Assembly (NCBI RefSeq): GCF_009914755.1
Contig: NC_060940.1
Strand: one strand, 5' to 3'
Length of the DNA: 64,000 nt
Source: the human T2T-CHM13v2.0 reference genome, Homo sapiens
The position numbers were made by a program, and so were the translations under genes. The notes under the pieces are model-generated. The model did not search any database and had not been told where the DNA came from. It saw only the letters and a list, made by a program, of their open reading frames with translations. This document shows positions 1-13,080 of this stretch, in pieces; position 1 is the first letter of the stretch, and every line of letters begins with the position of its first letter.

Positions 1-2479
1 AACATCTGAGAACACTGCTTTAGGCAATTTCTTTCTCTTGTGACATGTATAAAGATGAGAAGGAAAAAAATAAAATAGTGTATTGTGTTAATATTTACTG
101 TTTTTGTCCCAGAATATTCTGTTTTAAGACAAAATACTATCTTAAAAAACAAGATTTGAAAAGAAGAATAAAAATGTAAGCACACTAAATTTATCGTCTG
201 AGTACCTCACTAATGTTTAGTATGGGATTTGAAAAACTAAATTGATTTCTTTAGAAGTAGTTATGAATTCTTGACATAAAATCATCATTGAGCTTGCTAT
301 TCAGAGTTGTGATGCTCTACATTTCTTGGCTTGCTGGTTTTAGCTGTCCCTGAAATTAGGCCTGCATCTCTGAATATTGACTATAATTACTAATCTTGAG
401 TTTGTCATTATACTTTCAGTAAATGGAGGTGTAAACACTTTCTGAAAACCACATCTGTGCTGAGAGCATTTTGGAGAAGGTTTTCAAAATGGCATTATCT
501 TCCATCTTCCCAGGTACTAGAAAAGAGATAAGCTTCAATTCAGCTTCTGAACAGAAACTTGGTCGGACGGGCGGCGGGTGGGGTAGTAAATAGATTTAAG
601 AGGACTGATACAAAGCTATCAAATAAGCCAGTCCAGGTTTTGTGGACTACACACTTAGCATATTAGTGTTTGGGTTTTTCTCTATCTTTTTTTTTCTTCT
701 GTAGGAGAATAGCAACTAGATTAAGATTCTAGACCACTCTTGTTTAACTTAGGAGAAAAAAGGAGGAAAAAATTAAAAATAGTTCCCAATGTGTTCCAAG
801 TAAAAAGAAGAAAGAAGAAAAAAGAGTAAGAATAAAAAAAGAAGAAAGAGGAGTAAAAAAGGTACCCCACTCCCTAAAATACTACTACTTTGGTATAACA
901 GAGTGTATTTCATACTAAAATATAATAATTACATTTAATTAATTTTAAGTTTGGCTTAGAAGATTACCATTATTTGATATTTGCACACTTATACTAATGT
1001 GCCATTGCAGATATATAGGGGAATACAGATGTATGGAGGAGGGGAGGTGAAGGGAAAACAATTATCTTAATATGTGCAAAATGGAATTTATAGTTGTGAT
1101 TAGTTATCAAGATGCTTATTAGAGAGAAGACCACATGTATATGCAGCGGACAAATGTTACAAGATATTGAAGGGAAATTAATTATTGAGAATGTGAACAG
1201 GCTTCTTTTATTAGTCAAAGCTGGATAATACTAAGGATTTTTGTTTGTTCTTTTGCTAAAGATGCTGCCATGTGGAAATCAGGGCACTGCTTTTAGGTTG
1301 CCGTCTCCCGCCTGCATAGGCAACTAGTCCTGTTAGAATGGATGCCGAAGCTTTTTTTCTTCTACCTCAAGTGCCCTCTAGCGTGCAATATCTGTGCAGG
1401 TTGCTATGTACAAGGAGGAGGAAAGAAGAAAGAAAGAGAAATATTCTACCAATTGCTATCCTAATTCCTGAATTGCTCTGCTCTTCTTTTCTCCTTCCTC
1501 AAAGGGGTCATTTCCACCTAAGTGTTTAGCAAAACAAAAAAGGTGCTGTTGCTTTTGCATGAAAAACTAATCACTCATTCTCTAAACTGAGAAACAAATG
1601 CTAATCCTTTCTCAGGGGTTTCTTTTGAACATTCATCATAATTTTCCAGAAGTTTCATACACTCTAGTAATCAGGCAAATAAAAGAAGGTAAGTTGCTCC
1701 CTAGGAAGAAATTCTGTTTTGTTCCTCACTCCACCACGGACCAGCTATAAGGCTTTTGATGCAAAGTGATTAAACTTTCAATGGATTTTAAGTTTGTGTC
1801 TCCATAAGAGTGCATAATACTTCTTTCCATCCTCAGGGGGGTGGTGTGAGGTCTAACTGAGGTTTATAAAACAATTTCAGTTCCTTAGATACAATTCGAT
1901 ACACATTTGAACTTGACTTTCATCTTGCAACTACTAACGGGGTTTCAAATTCTCTTTGGTAGTCCATAGGGAAACTGTGATCAGGATCTGTATTTTCATA
2001 AACATGTCGTTAAAACAGCTGTATTGTAAATAGTGGATTTACTTAAGAGATTTGGAATGGTAGAAAATGGAAAAGGATATTTGCAGAAGAAAAATACACT
2101 TGTTTTTGCAAACATGTCTGTGTATGGATAAATATAGTTAAATAGTAAGGCAAAATTTCTGCAAGACATACATTTGGGCATATCTTCCTAAATTTTAAAA
2201 CAAACTAACAATAACAGAAGGTATTTTTACTCACCCAGATGCCACCCGCTAAACTCTTAGTCTCTGAGAAAGGAGATACCTGTAAACAAATTTATGTATT
2301 GGCATCTGTTCAGATGGTAAGATATCTAGACACCTGTTATATAACTTGGAGATTACTATTATAGTGATGTGATTATTATGCAGCATTGTGTTTTATTAAT
2401 ATCCTCATAGCTACAATACTTTGAAGGGCAAGAAAGGAGAAAGGCAAGCTAACATGACATATTTCATTACTTTCTTCTC

Positions 2480-2660
2480 ATGCAGTATCTCTTTAATTAT
2501 TAAAGCACTATAGATGGTGGCTATCGTTTGTATCCTTTAAAATAGGAGAAAACTGAGGCTCAGAGAAGTTAAGTGATTTGTTCAAGGTTACACAGTTAAT
2601 AAGTCAAAGAGTATAATTTAAACCCATGTTTTCCAACTTCAATTGTTGTCCAGCACTGCC
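2480..2660 (-). mobile_element. MIR SINE fragment
   Basis: MIR core in reverse orientation: gagaaaactgaggctcagagaagttaagtgatttgttcaaggttacacag. Boundaries approximate. Confidence 0.75.
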
Positions 2661-4339
2661 TCTCAATATTAAACTACTAATAAGTGACTATTATAACCTA
2701 CTTTTAAATAATGCAATACCTCACTATAGAATGGATTCATAAGTTGCAATGAAAAAGAAGCTAAACATTCTGTGTTTACAAAGAGAATCTGAATCTTTAA
2801 TTGCAAGTGATTTTGTAAATATAGATCCCAGATTCCATGGCTAACCAATTAAATTAAACTCTCCAAAATAATGTGTATTTTTTTTAGAAAGCAAAAAAGG
2901 TAATTTGATTCAACATTACAAGCATCATTCTGGAGACCATTTGGAAATAATGAAACCAAATGACATCTAAAGTCTTGTTAACCTCCTTACTGCTAGAGTC
3001 CAAGGTTAAGTCACAGTTCTGCTATTGCTATTTAGGTTTGTATATCCCTTTATGTATGTTCAAGCACATCAGCTCTCCTATGTGATCCTTGCCATAATCT
3101 TGTGAGGTGAGAAGACGATATATTATTACTTCAATTTTATACAGTTACATGCTTTTAGAGCCCAAAGGGCCCTTAGAAATCGTCTAGTTCAATCTCTTCA
3201 TTTTACAGAAAAAAAGCTGGGTAAGGCTTTTGACTTCTGAGCCTAAGGTTACAGAGCGAGCTCTTGAACAAAAGAAAACCAGAGCACAGGTCATTGGTCT
3301 TTAAAGGATGTAGGCATGGCACATGTCCCTGCACATGGGAAAAATTATTAAGCTAATAACCTGAGTAGTCTTCAACATGTAAAGTTAAAAGACTAGAGAA
3401 AACAAAACAAAATGTAGTTCAGGTACTCTGATCCAAATTAATGTTGTCTAGAGAAGATCTACTTTCTGATCTAGTTTCTGGTGAGATTACCTTGGCTCTC
3501 ATCACCTAGTCTCTGTTCAGTCTAATAATATGTCTTGTCTTGGTTGAATTATTTTAGTACCCTAGAGTCTAGCTCACTAAGGTAGCCCCAAAGCTTTTTT
3601 CCAAGCAGATCACATGTGCTGTAGATTTTTGAAGCGAAGATTATTAGGAAATCAGAGGAAGACCACAACATAAGAAAAACAAAAAGTGCTCTCATATGCT
3701 CTAATGTACTGAAACTTTCACTGGTCTTTTCTGATAAGAAACCCAAACAGAAACCATAACTCATTTAAAATGGAGGTATGTAAGACTGACTCCTACATTA
3801 TCCCAAAGCAGAGAAAAGCCGAAGTACATGACTTGTCCAAATTAGGAAACCTAATGAATTTTTTCTCATTTCTCCATTTTGCATAATAGTATTCTGGCTT
3901 TCTTCCCCAAAACAATCTCATTGTGTCCAAGCAGGGAACACCTTATTTTTCACTGGATTGTTTTCTGCCCCCAAATTACATAAGGCACATAATCACTTTT
4001 CTGGAATAGAAAATGATAATAAATGGCACTAGCAGTTGTAATTGGTATTCTTAACATCGAGGGCTTAATATCTTGCCAGGCACTATAGAGACTGATTTAC
4101 ATATGTTGTCCCATTCATTGTCTCTAATAACTCCCTGATTTGTCAGATGAAGAAACTGTGAAGGGAAATGTATTTTGCTTCTCTAAATCCCAATTAGACT
4201 TCTGCTTATCTCTCCCATATCACTTTATAATACAACCTATTTGTCATGTATGCACCAGCCAAACTACTTTATTTTTCTCAAGACTTTGAAAATGGTTAAC
4301 TCCTTTATTTGTTGGTGGGAGAGTAAAACCTGCAAGGAA

Positions 4340-4885
4340 GAGCAAGGCATTTGGAGTCATATAGATCTGATTTCAAGTTCTGGCTGAACACATTACTAGC
4401 TCTGTGATATGGTTTGGCTGTGTCCCCACCCAAATCTTATCTTAAGTTTTAGTTCCCATAATCCCCACATGTCCTGAGAGGGACCCAGTGGGAGATAATT
4501 GAATCATGGGGGTGTTTACCCTCATGCTCTTCTCATGATAATGAGAGTTCCCATGAGATCTGATGGTTTTATGAGGAGCTTTTTCCCCATTTGCTTGGCA
4601 CTTCTCCTTGCTGCTGCCTTGTGAAGGACATGTTGATTTCCCCTTTCACGATGATTATAAGCTTCCTGAAGCCTCCCCAGCCATGCCAAGCTGTGAGTCA
4701 ATTAAAGCTCTTTCCTCTATAAATTACCCAGTCTCAGGTATGTTTTTATTAGCAGCATGAGAATGGACTAATACACTCTGTAAGTTGAACCAGCTGGTTA
4801 ACCATGTTGATAATCTCTTTGAGTCTCATTCGCCTTTGTGTATAAGATATTTAACTCACAGGTTGTTGTATTAAAGGATGCAATG
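4340..4885 (+). mobile_element. MIR SINE split by a THE1C LTR
   Basis: ttggagtcatatagatctgatttcaagttctggctg...cattactagc before the LTR and tctctttgagtctcatt...aactcacaggttgttg after it. Confidence 0.55.
4405..4775 (+). mobile_element. THE1C-like solo LTR (ERVL-MaLR)
   Basis: Starts TGATATGGTTTGGCTGTGTCCCCACCCAAATC and ends AGCAGCATGAGAATGGACTAATACA. Perfect 5-bp TSD CTCTG (4400-4404 and 4776-4780). Confidence 0.93.
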
Positions 4886-5183
4886 AAAGACAAATGTCTA
4901 GTTTTTGATATACATGTTGGTTTCCTCTCAAGTGAGCCCATTGATACTTACCTAAGAAGAGCAGATGGTTAGAGAATAGGTCCTTCTGTGATACCTACAG
5001 CTTGGCCACTCCTCTTAGAGTACCATTCTGTCTTGTGGCTACTGGGCATTCAGGCATTCATTCCACTCTCAATTAGCCCTTTAAATGTTCCACCGTTCTC
5101 CAGTATTTTCAGGGCTCCAGGCAAACCCTCCTTTCATCCTCCAAATCATCGTGTTCTAAACAGTTAATTCCTTGCACATGTAA

Positions 5184-5527
<344 letters not shown>

Positions 5528-5539
5528 AAAATTGTTTTT

Positions 5540-5570
5540 TTGTTTGTTTGTTTGTTTGTTTGTTTGTTTT
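5540..5570. repeat. (GTTT)n microsatellite
   Basis: About 7 GTTT units next to the Alu. Confidence 0.9.
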
Positions 5571-6499
5571 GATTGTTTCTCTCTCTATTCCTTTTCATTA
5601 ATATGAGACTAAAGGCAGCTAATGTTAGAAGAGGGATTGCTTCAGTTTCATAGTCTAGTAAATAAATATGGGTTAATATTTTGTATTTAATGACCTAAAG
5701 AAGAAATAAGGGAATCCTGAGGCATAAATGAGAGAAAGGAAAGTGTTAGGGCCAAGATCCTTGTGGGAGGAGAGGTCTTCTGTTTTTACAGGGAAACAGG
5801 CTCTGATACCAGTTTGCAGTCTGGAAACCACTCAAACTTACAGATGGAGGAAAAATCTGGCCACTGATCTTCATGCTAGCATTCAGAACATCTGGTGGGT
5901 GTGTTCTTGACCAGTCCAGGGCTACAGATGAGAAGTACCCTCTGAACAATGGATCTTCCTCATATCCATTTCCCCATTGATGAACTCTGTTGAGATTTTT
6001 TTTACCTATTCAGTTACCTGGAAGCTGTGGATCTTGGAGACTGGGTCTTAACCAGCCTTATACATGGGAAGGTCTCAAAGGAAAAATCTGGATGGAAATG
6101 CCTTGGTTGGAGCTGAAGAAGAGGGTCTGGCTTGTCCAAGAACTAGCAAGAACACTGTTTTTTGGCATAGATTTTAGGGCTCTTTGGATATGCATGGTTA
6201 TGGTGCTGCTGGTGATTATAAAGGGGCTCAACCCCTTTACTCCAACTCCTTGGACTTGCCAGGAAGCTTGGCTCCATAATCTGGGGATTCAGTTGGGATC
6301 AGCTTATTGAACAGACCCCGAGCATAGAGAAATGACTTTTCCTCTCTTAGGCTACCTCCTTATGAATAGTGGCCATCTTATCTTCTAGATGGATCATAAA
6401 TATGACATGTACTATTAAGTTTTCACTTACATCCATGCTTCCTCACTTGTAAGTCCTACTATGCCTTGCGCATATCTACAGCATCAGTCTCGATACACT

Positions 6500-6655
6500 G
6501 TCCTATAACTTTATGTTTATTTATCTTCCGCCCTCACTAGATTGATTTCGAACTCCATGAAAGCAGAGTCGATTATCCATATCTGTGTATATCCATATCT
6601 GTGTATCCCAGATCTAGCCCAAAGCCTCATATGTAGTCAATGTTCAGAAATTATA
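6500..6655 (+). mobile_element. L2 3' end relic
   Basis: cactagattg...aactccatgaaagcagag...tctgtgtatcccagatctagcccaaagcc...atgtagtcaatgttca. Contains a local duplication of tatccatatctgtgta. Confidence 0.55.
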
Positions 6656-8339
6656 TTATTTAAGATAACAAACCAATGAATATGACTGCAAGGATAACTA
6701 TGGCACTATTGTCAGCAGTTAGCTAGAAATAGATCCAGATTTGGAGTTAAGAAAAATCAGATGGCCCAGCAGATTGGTGTGGGGAGCTCAATGAGAAAAA
6801 CAGATTTCTCTGGAAAAGAAAGAAGGAGTAAAGAGGATGGCAAAATAAAGTGAAAAAAAACAAAACCAGAAAACTCAATCTTCTGGAGCAAAAATAAAAC
6901 AGTGAAGATTAAGAGTGAACACAGGGGAACAATTCAAATTCCAAATGATGATTTGCATAATGGTAATACTAGTAGCAATAATAATTATAATGACACCAAG
7001 AATCAGTGAGAATCCATCTGTTTCTTAGTGCCTCATAATTTAGTACCTCAGTGTTTACAGAGCAATTTCTCATTCAGGATGTAAATGATCCCTCAGGCAG
7101 AGTATACTGCCTCCATTGCCTTAGACTCACAATGGTCATCTCATTCCAAAGATAGAGCGCTAAAATAGATTCCCAGAGTGCCTTCTTCCTCCAGAGCTAG
7201 GAGTTTCCTTTAAGACCAGAGAGAAGTATTTTATTCATTTATCTTTGAATCCTCAGTAGCACAGAAGAGATGCTCATACATTTTCGTTGATTTATCATCT
7301 TATATCTATCCCACAGCAAGCTCCAAGATAAATAGGTCCTGTCCTGTACCCCCATTTTTTAGATGAGAAAACCAGAGACATTTGGTCAGAGTTGAAGTTG
7401 GAAAACAAATCTGAGATTTTTGAAGACATTGTTTTTTTTTTCTGCAGTGCCATAGTATAGCCTAGAAAGATTACCAAGGTCACATTGCTTAATAATTTCT
7501 TGTTTTCTGTTAGCAATTCTAAGAAAGCACATTCCTTTAGTATTCATATAGAGGACTAAAGAAATCTCATGTCAAAGTTACCACTTCTTATGCTTTGCAA
7601 GGATCAAGGACAAGGCTTAACACTTTTGAGTCAGTCTTGAGCACCTAAAGCACTCTTTTAAATTTTGAAGTGATGGAAAACAGGAAAAGCTTTTTGCATC
7701 TGGATGTAAAAATCCATGTGTATTTTAAGGGAAATAGGATCCATGCATTTCTGATTAATTTACACTTAAATCAATGAAGTGTTTTGCAAAAGATATTTGA
7801 TGTTCAAGAAGCCTTTTTTAAAAAGTCTAATGGGACTTTAAAGCTGTTTTTGTCTTAAGAAGAGGAACTTATTTTTTCCCCCATGATCTTATACACAAAT
7901 GGTATGGTTTCAAAGTCTCATTTACAGAATCTTTTTGCTTTCAAAATCTTTCCATTTACCCCTACCCAGAGGTAGCTAACCTGGATTTGATTATGATTAG
8001 CTTTATCTATCTATTATTTATTCATTATTTTGTCAGTAGCATTCTCAAGGAAACAGGCAGATATATTTGGGGAGACTGTCAGAATATTGGATGTGATCTT
8101 CTTCCTCATAAACAAAAAAGCCTCAGAAGTTTCTAGCAAAATGGAGGACTGAATGAATTACACAAGATACGATTATCATGTGGAGGAAGAAGATGTAAAA
8201 CAATGGCTGAGGATAGAGGCTTGGAACCGATGCTGTCTTCATGTTTGTAGAGTAGATAAAACCAAAAGAAAATGTGTTTGGGGGTGATGGTAACTAGAAT
8301 TAGTTGAGCAACCACTATATGTTTGAGTTTTTCAGAATG

Positions 8340-8490
8340 CTGTTCTATTTAATCTACTCAATTGTTAGGAGATACAGATGTTATTAATTCCATTTTTTAG
8401 ATGAAGGATGTAAGACTCAGAAAGAGATATTGACTTCCCTAAATCACACACGTGGTAGGCGGCGAGTGTAGGATTTCTACCTGTGTTTTC
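8340..8490 (-). mobile_element. MIR fragment
   Basis: attccattttttagatgaaggatgtaagactcagaaagag...gacttccctaaatcacaca. Confidence 0.65.
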
Positions 8491-8779
8491 CCTTCAGACC
8501 AAACTTTTTAGAAGACCTCAGCATTTGTCATGCTGCAGGTAGTGAGTCCCCATGGCGATTTCTGATGGGACAGAGATGTGGAAAATAAATAGGTGGGAAA
8601 GTTACTTTCTTTCCAATTTTCCTTCAACCCTCTGATTTTTGTCAAGAGAGAACATTTCAGTTCCCTGCCAGTGCTGATCTCTCTAACAAGGCCAATGCTG
8701 GCCTCAGGTTCAGAGCCTTAAGCGGACTCCAAGTACCTTGTTAGAATTGAAGAACATTGTTTTGCATTCATTCAATTCA

Positions 8780-8975
8780 TTTCTAAGTTTACCTTGTATT
8801 TATGGCAAGTAAAAATAATTTTCTTGTTTTTAGGCATGAATATAAAGTTTTCTTTCAAAACAAATGTTTATTTTATGTTTTTAGAGAAATAAGTTGATTA
8901 AAATATTTTATCACACAGATGGTGCACAGACAAAAAAAGACAGCACTGTATATATGACTGTAGCTTGGGGAGAAA
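8780..8975 (+). mobile_element. MER113-like hAT-Charlie DNA transposon relic
   Basis: tttatggcaagt...tataaagttttctttcaaaa...cagatggtgcacagaca...atgactgtagcttgggga resembles the recalled MER113 end. Confidence 0.45.
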
Positions 8976-10883
8976 TAATTATATTTAAAAAAGTCCTTTC
9001 AAAATAACATTATCAAGTAAATTGTCCACTTAAACTGGGAAGTATACACATTTAAAGTAGTATTCCTGAGCTTAAAGTTTCATTCAATATTGAATGTTTC
9101 ATATTACTTTCATTTCCTGTAAAATCATCTCCAAAAATATAAATGTTAGGTCTAGAAGTTACAAAGAATTGGAACAGTATAACCTATTCCAGTGGACATT
9201 GCAGAAATGGTTTTAGTCTTCAGCTACCATTCAGATACAAACAGAATTATAATATTGTATCTCTGCCTGCCTTCCTCCCCACCAACAATATTTCAAAACA
9301 ATAATCATCATCTTCACTTAACATCCTGGACATAGGTTAATGGGAATTCTGCTGTAGTTTCTTTTTTTCACAGAAGGCTGAGTTAAAATAAATCAAATAA
9401 ATCTTCCCAGTGTACACATTTGAAGCAGAGTATGTGAAAACAAACTAAAACCTACTTCCAAGTTTTGTGACTATTTTATTTGGTTTATCACCCAATTTCA
9501 TTTGGGGAGACATTGTGGTCCTCTTCAATAAAAGTTTATTTTTATTTTTTCTCCTTGCCATTGCAAAGGGAAGTCAAAATATTGCTCATAAAGTGTGAAT
9601 GTCTTTATGAACAGCTGATAGATATCAAGGAAATGCTCTGAGGATTAGAAGGTGATTTTGTGACAAAATATCTACTTTCTCTAAATAGTACCTTCAGTAG
9701 CTTTATAGCAAATATTGCCGAAGAAAGAGAATATAAATCGCTTAAATCCCCCAAGACTTAATACTGAAGAATCATTTATGTTTTTCTTTTGTTTGAATTA
9801 CTAACACTGTACTGAGTAAGGAAAAAAAAAAACACTTTACAAAGAAAAGTGAACAGAGAGAGGGTGTGGAGGGTGCTACGCACACAGTACTAAACACTGG
9901 GTCCCTTTTTGATCATTGGTTTTGCATGATGTATTCAGGGCCTTGGAATTTGGGGTGCTTCTGTGGGGATATTCACAATTGTAAACGATGCACATCTTTT
10001 ATCATTGCCAGATGTGAAATATACAATTTTGGAAATGTACCAGTTTGGAGTCAGAAAATCTAGGATGTATTCTGGGTCCTGTCGCTAGAGATAGGACTTT
10101 TAAAAAGTAAAATAGCAATTGTTCTTTTTTCGCTTTGATTTGTTTCTCTTTTAGAGATGAGTTTCTGGTAGTCACTATTTGACAAATTGTAACAGAACCC
10201 TCCCCATTTTCCTTTCTACTTGCCCTGTGAATTTGTTCCTGCTGGTTGGATCAGTCAAGATGGGAATGCTAATTTATTACAGCAGTCTTTTGTCAATGTC
10301 ACTTTTATATGTATACAGTGCTTTCACCTCTCCTTTTTCCTTTTTCTGTGGTCACACCTCCGCTAACTCTCAGTAAAAGATTGCATTTAACTCTCTGAAC
10401 CTGGGGTTCTTCATCAGTAATCGGGAAGAAATTACCCTTGTCTCACCTCTCTCACTGGATTTTAGGAAAATTCCAATAATATGAAATCTATGTGGCAAAA
10501 CTGCTAACCCTAAATACACGCACACACATACACACACACACAATGTTACAGTCATTTATGTTAACAGGTGAAGTCAAAAGCAAGAAAGAAAAATTTTTCC
10601 TGTTTGTCAGAAATTTTGGGTCTAATGTTGTGCTGTGGTTTGGATGTTTGGTTGAAATCTGATCCCCGGTGTTGGAGGTGTAGCCCAGTGGGGGGTGTTT
10701 AGGTCCTGGAGATGCATCCCTCATGAATAGATTAACACTTCTTCCAGGGTGAGTTCTCTCTCTGTTTGTTCCCCTACTACTGCGGGTTGATAAAAAGAGC
10801 CTGGCAGCTCCCCACTGTCTCTTGTTTCCTCTCTTGCCATGTGATCCCTGCACACATCAGCTCCTCACCTCCCCTTCACCTTT

Positions 10884-11833
10884 TGAAGCAGTCTCATTGC
10901 CTGGAGTAACACCCAAGGTTTGTTGTCTCAAGGCCATGGAGAACAAGGACGTGGACACACAAAGAGTGAGGTTAAGAGTGCAAGTTTAGGCCGGGCACGG
11001 TGGCTCACGCCTGTAATCCCAGCACTTTGGGAGGCTGAGGCGGGTGGATCATGAGGTCAGGAGATTGAGACCATCCTGGCTAACATGGTGAAACCCCGTC
11101 TTTACTAAAAAAAAATACAAAAAGTTAGCCAGGTGTGGTGGCAGGGACGTGTAATCCCAGCTATGCAGGAGGCTGAGGCAGGAGAATGGCATGTACCCAG
11201 GAAGTGGAGCTTGCAGTGACTGGAGATGCACCACTGCACTCCAGCCTGGGCGACAGAGTGAGACTCCACCTCAAACAAACAAACAAACAAAAAAAGAGCA
11301 GAAGTTTAGCAGGGGAAAGAAAGAGAATAGCTCCCTGCAGAGAAGGGTCCCAGAAAAATGGGTTGCCAGGTCCATGGTGAAATGCAGGGGGTTTTATAAA
11401 TGAGCTGGTGAGGAGGTGGTGTCTGATCTACATAAGGTGTAAAAAACTGGTTGGACCAGGTGTGTCATATGCCTACGGTGTGAATCTCTGGTAATCCCAC
11501 CCTAATCGTTTATACAGGCAGGTTCTCTGCCTGAGCTGTGCCATGTTGCCCATTTCTTTATTACTGTACATGTGGTAACAAAAAAAAAGGAAGATGGAGC
11601 CTCCATGTTGGACATACCAGGCCCCCAGGTAACCCTTTTCTATTGGCGCCGCTGCCGGCATTCCCCCATGCAAGCTTCTGGCTTCCTTATTTGTTTGCAG
11701 CTCAGTTTTTCAGGCTGCTCTTTGTTAGAAAAGAAATTATTTTGGTGGCTGTTTTTGTTAGAAGGGAAGCTCTGCTGAGGACTTCTTTACCTTCACTATC
11801 TGCCTAAATAATTTCTTTCTATCTCCTCTATCA
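10884..11833 (-). mobile_element. LTR9-family ERV1 solo LTR, interrupted by an AluY
   Basis: Reverse complement starts TGATAGAGGAGATAGAAAGAAATTATTTAGGCAGATAGTG and ends ...GCTTCA. Perfect 4-bp TSD CTTT (10880-10883 and 11834-11837). Confidence 0.85.
10989..11294 (+). mobile_element. AluY-like element with (AAAC)n tail
   Basis: ggccgggcacggtggctcacgcc...accatcctggctaac...ggagaatggc...gagcttgcag. ~15-bp TSD aagagtgcaagttta/aagagcagaagttta. Confidence 0.93.
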
Positions 11834-12849
11834 CTTTTACTATAAGTGGATGCAGCCTGAGGCTCTCACCAGATGCAGATGCCCAATCTCGAACTTTCCA
11901 GCTGTCAGAATTTGAGCCAGATAAACCTTTTTCCTCTATAAATTGCCCAGCCTCAGATATATTCCTTTGTAGCAACACTAAACTAAGACATATTGTATCT
12001 GTCATCTTCCATAACGATATTACACATAGACAGAGAGAGTGGGTACCACGTTATATGTGCGGGAGCCAAAATCTCCCTCATCAGCAGACATACTTGTCTG
12101 GCTTGCCATTCTCTTTGAAAATTTCACCATGAACATTTCTCCTTATAAGCAAAAGCATTATATGAATACTTGGTAGTAATAGTGTTTATTTGTTTGATTA
12201 ACCCACTAGAAGTTCAGTGTCTTATTAATGTATAGATAGTGTATCTATGACTACATCTACCTGACTACTCACTTTTATCAAGTATGTATTAAATCTCATT
12301 TTGGTTTCTACTTAGTATCAGGTGCAGCTAATTGGGAAATGAATGAGACAAGATGCCCTCAAAATCTCAGTCAAGTGGCAGAGACAGACATTGTGAACAC
12401 ATGATCTTGGTTCAACAGCAGCTCTCAAGTCCTGTACAGAATGGATTGATGGTAACAGCGAAGGCATAGGAGTCCGAGAAGATCCTTGGAAATACCTCTC
12501 TGAATAACCTTGTAACCTTCTAACCTTGTGTCATTTAACTTCTCTGACACATAGTCGGGTGTGGCTGGAGTGTAGAATACATGGGAGAGTATAAGAAGTT
12601 GGAAGATCACGTGCCAAGAAAGTTAAATTAGCCAACTCATGAGGTTCTCATCTTCCAGGCTGAGAAACTTGGACATTAGTCTACCAGGCCTCTTTCGTGT
12701 TGAAAAATATCCAGGAGGTGTATATATATATCACCTCCGTGATAGCTGTTAAAAATATATAGCCCTAGAGGTTGGGTGAAGTGTAGATGTTATAAGGGAC
12801 AATGGAAGGCAGGAATACGATTTAAGAGGTAATTGCAATACTAACAAAA

Positions 12850-13080
12850 AACAGCAAACATAAAATAGAACTTTTATAAGTGCTTTAAGCCATTGACTAC
12901 ACATACATAGGTACCTCATACCTATACCTATAATAAGAATACCTTAGGATACAGGTACTTATGATACAGGTATTCTTATTGTCTTTTGTAGATCAGAAGT
13001 GTGAGCTAAAGGGAAGTTAGGTAACCTGCTCATGATCACACAGTTAGAGTGCCTTCAGAAATCTTACTTTTAACAATTAC
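12850..13080 (-). mobile_element. MIR fragment
   Basis: ttttgtagatcagaagtgtgagctaaagggaagttaggtaacctgctcatgatcacacagttag. Confidence 0.55.

Larger units (their letters stand above)
10631..11990 (+). mobile_element. MSTB/MSTC-type MaLR solo LTR, interrupted by LTR9 plus Alu
   Basis: 5' part tgctgtggtttggatgtttg (10631-10883) and 3' part ending tagcaacactaaactaagaca (11838-11990). 5-bp TSD tgttg/tattg with one mismatch. Confidence 0.85.

Noticed and set aside
560-586. CpG-rich patch ggtcggacgggcggcgggtgggg (GC-box-like)
   Set aside because: Only ~25 bp with four CpGs in AT-rich flanks; far too short for a CpG island or a promoter call.
5590-6330. Moderately GC-rich stretch with a 106-aa ORF (5990-6310)
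   Set aside because: Non-ATG start, no recognisable domain and no convincing splice sites. It may be an old LTR-class relic that I cannot name.
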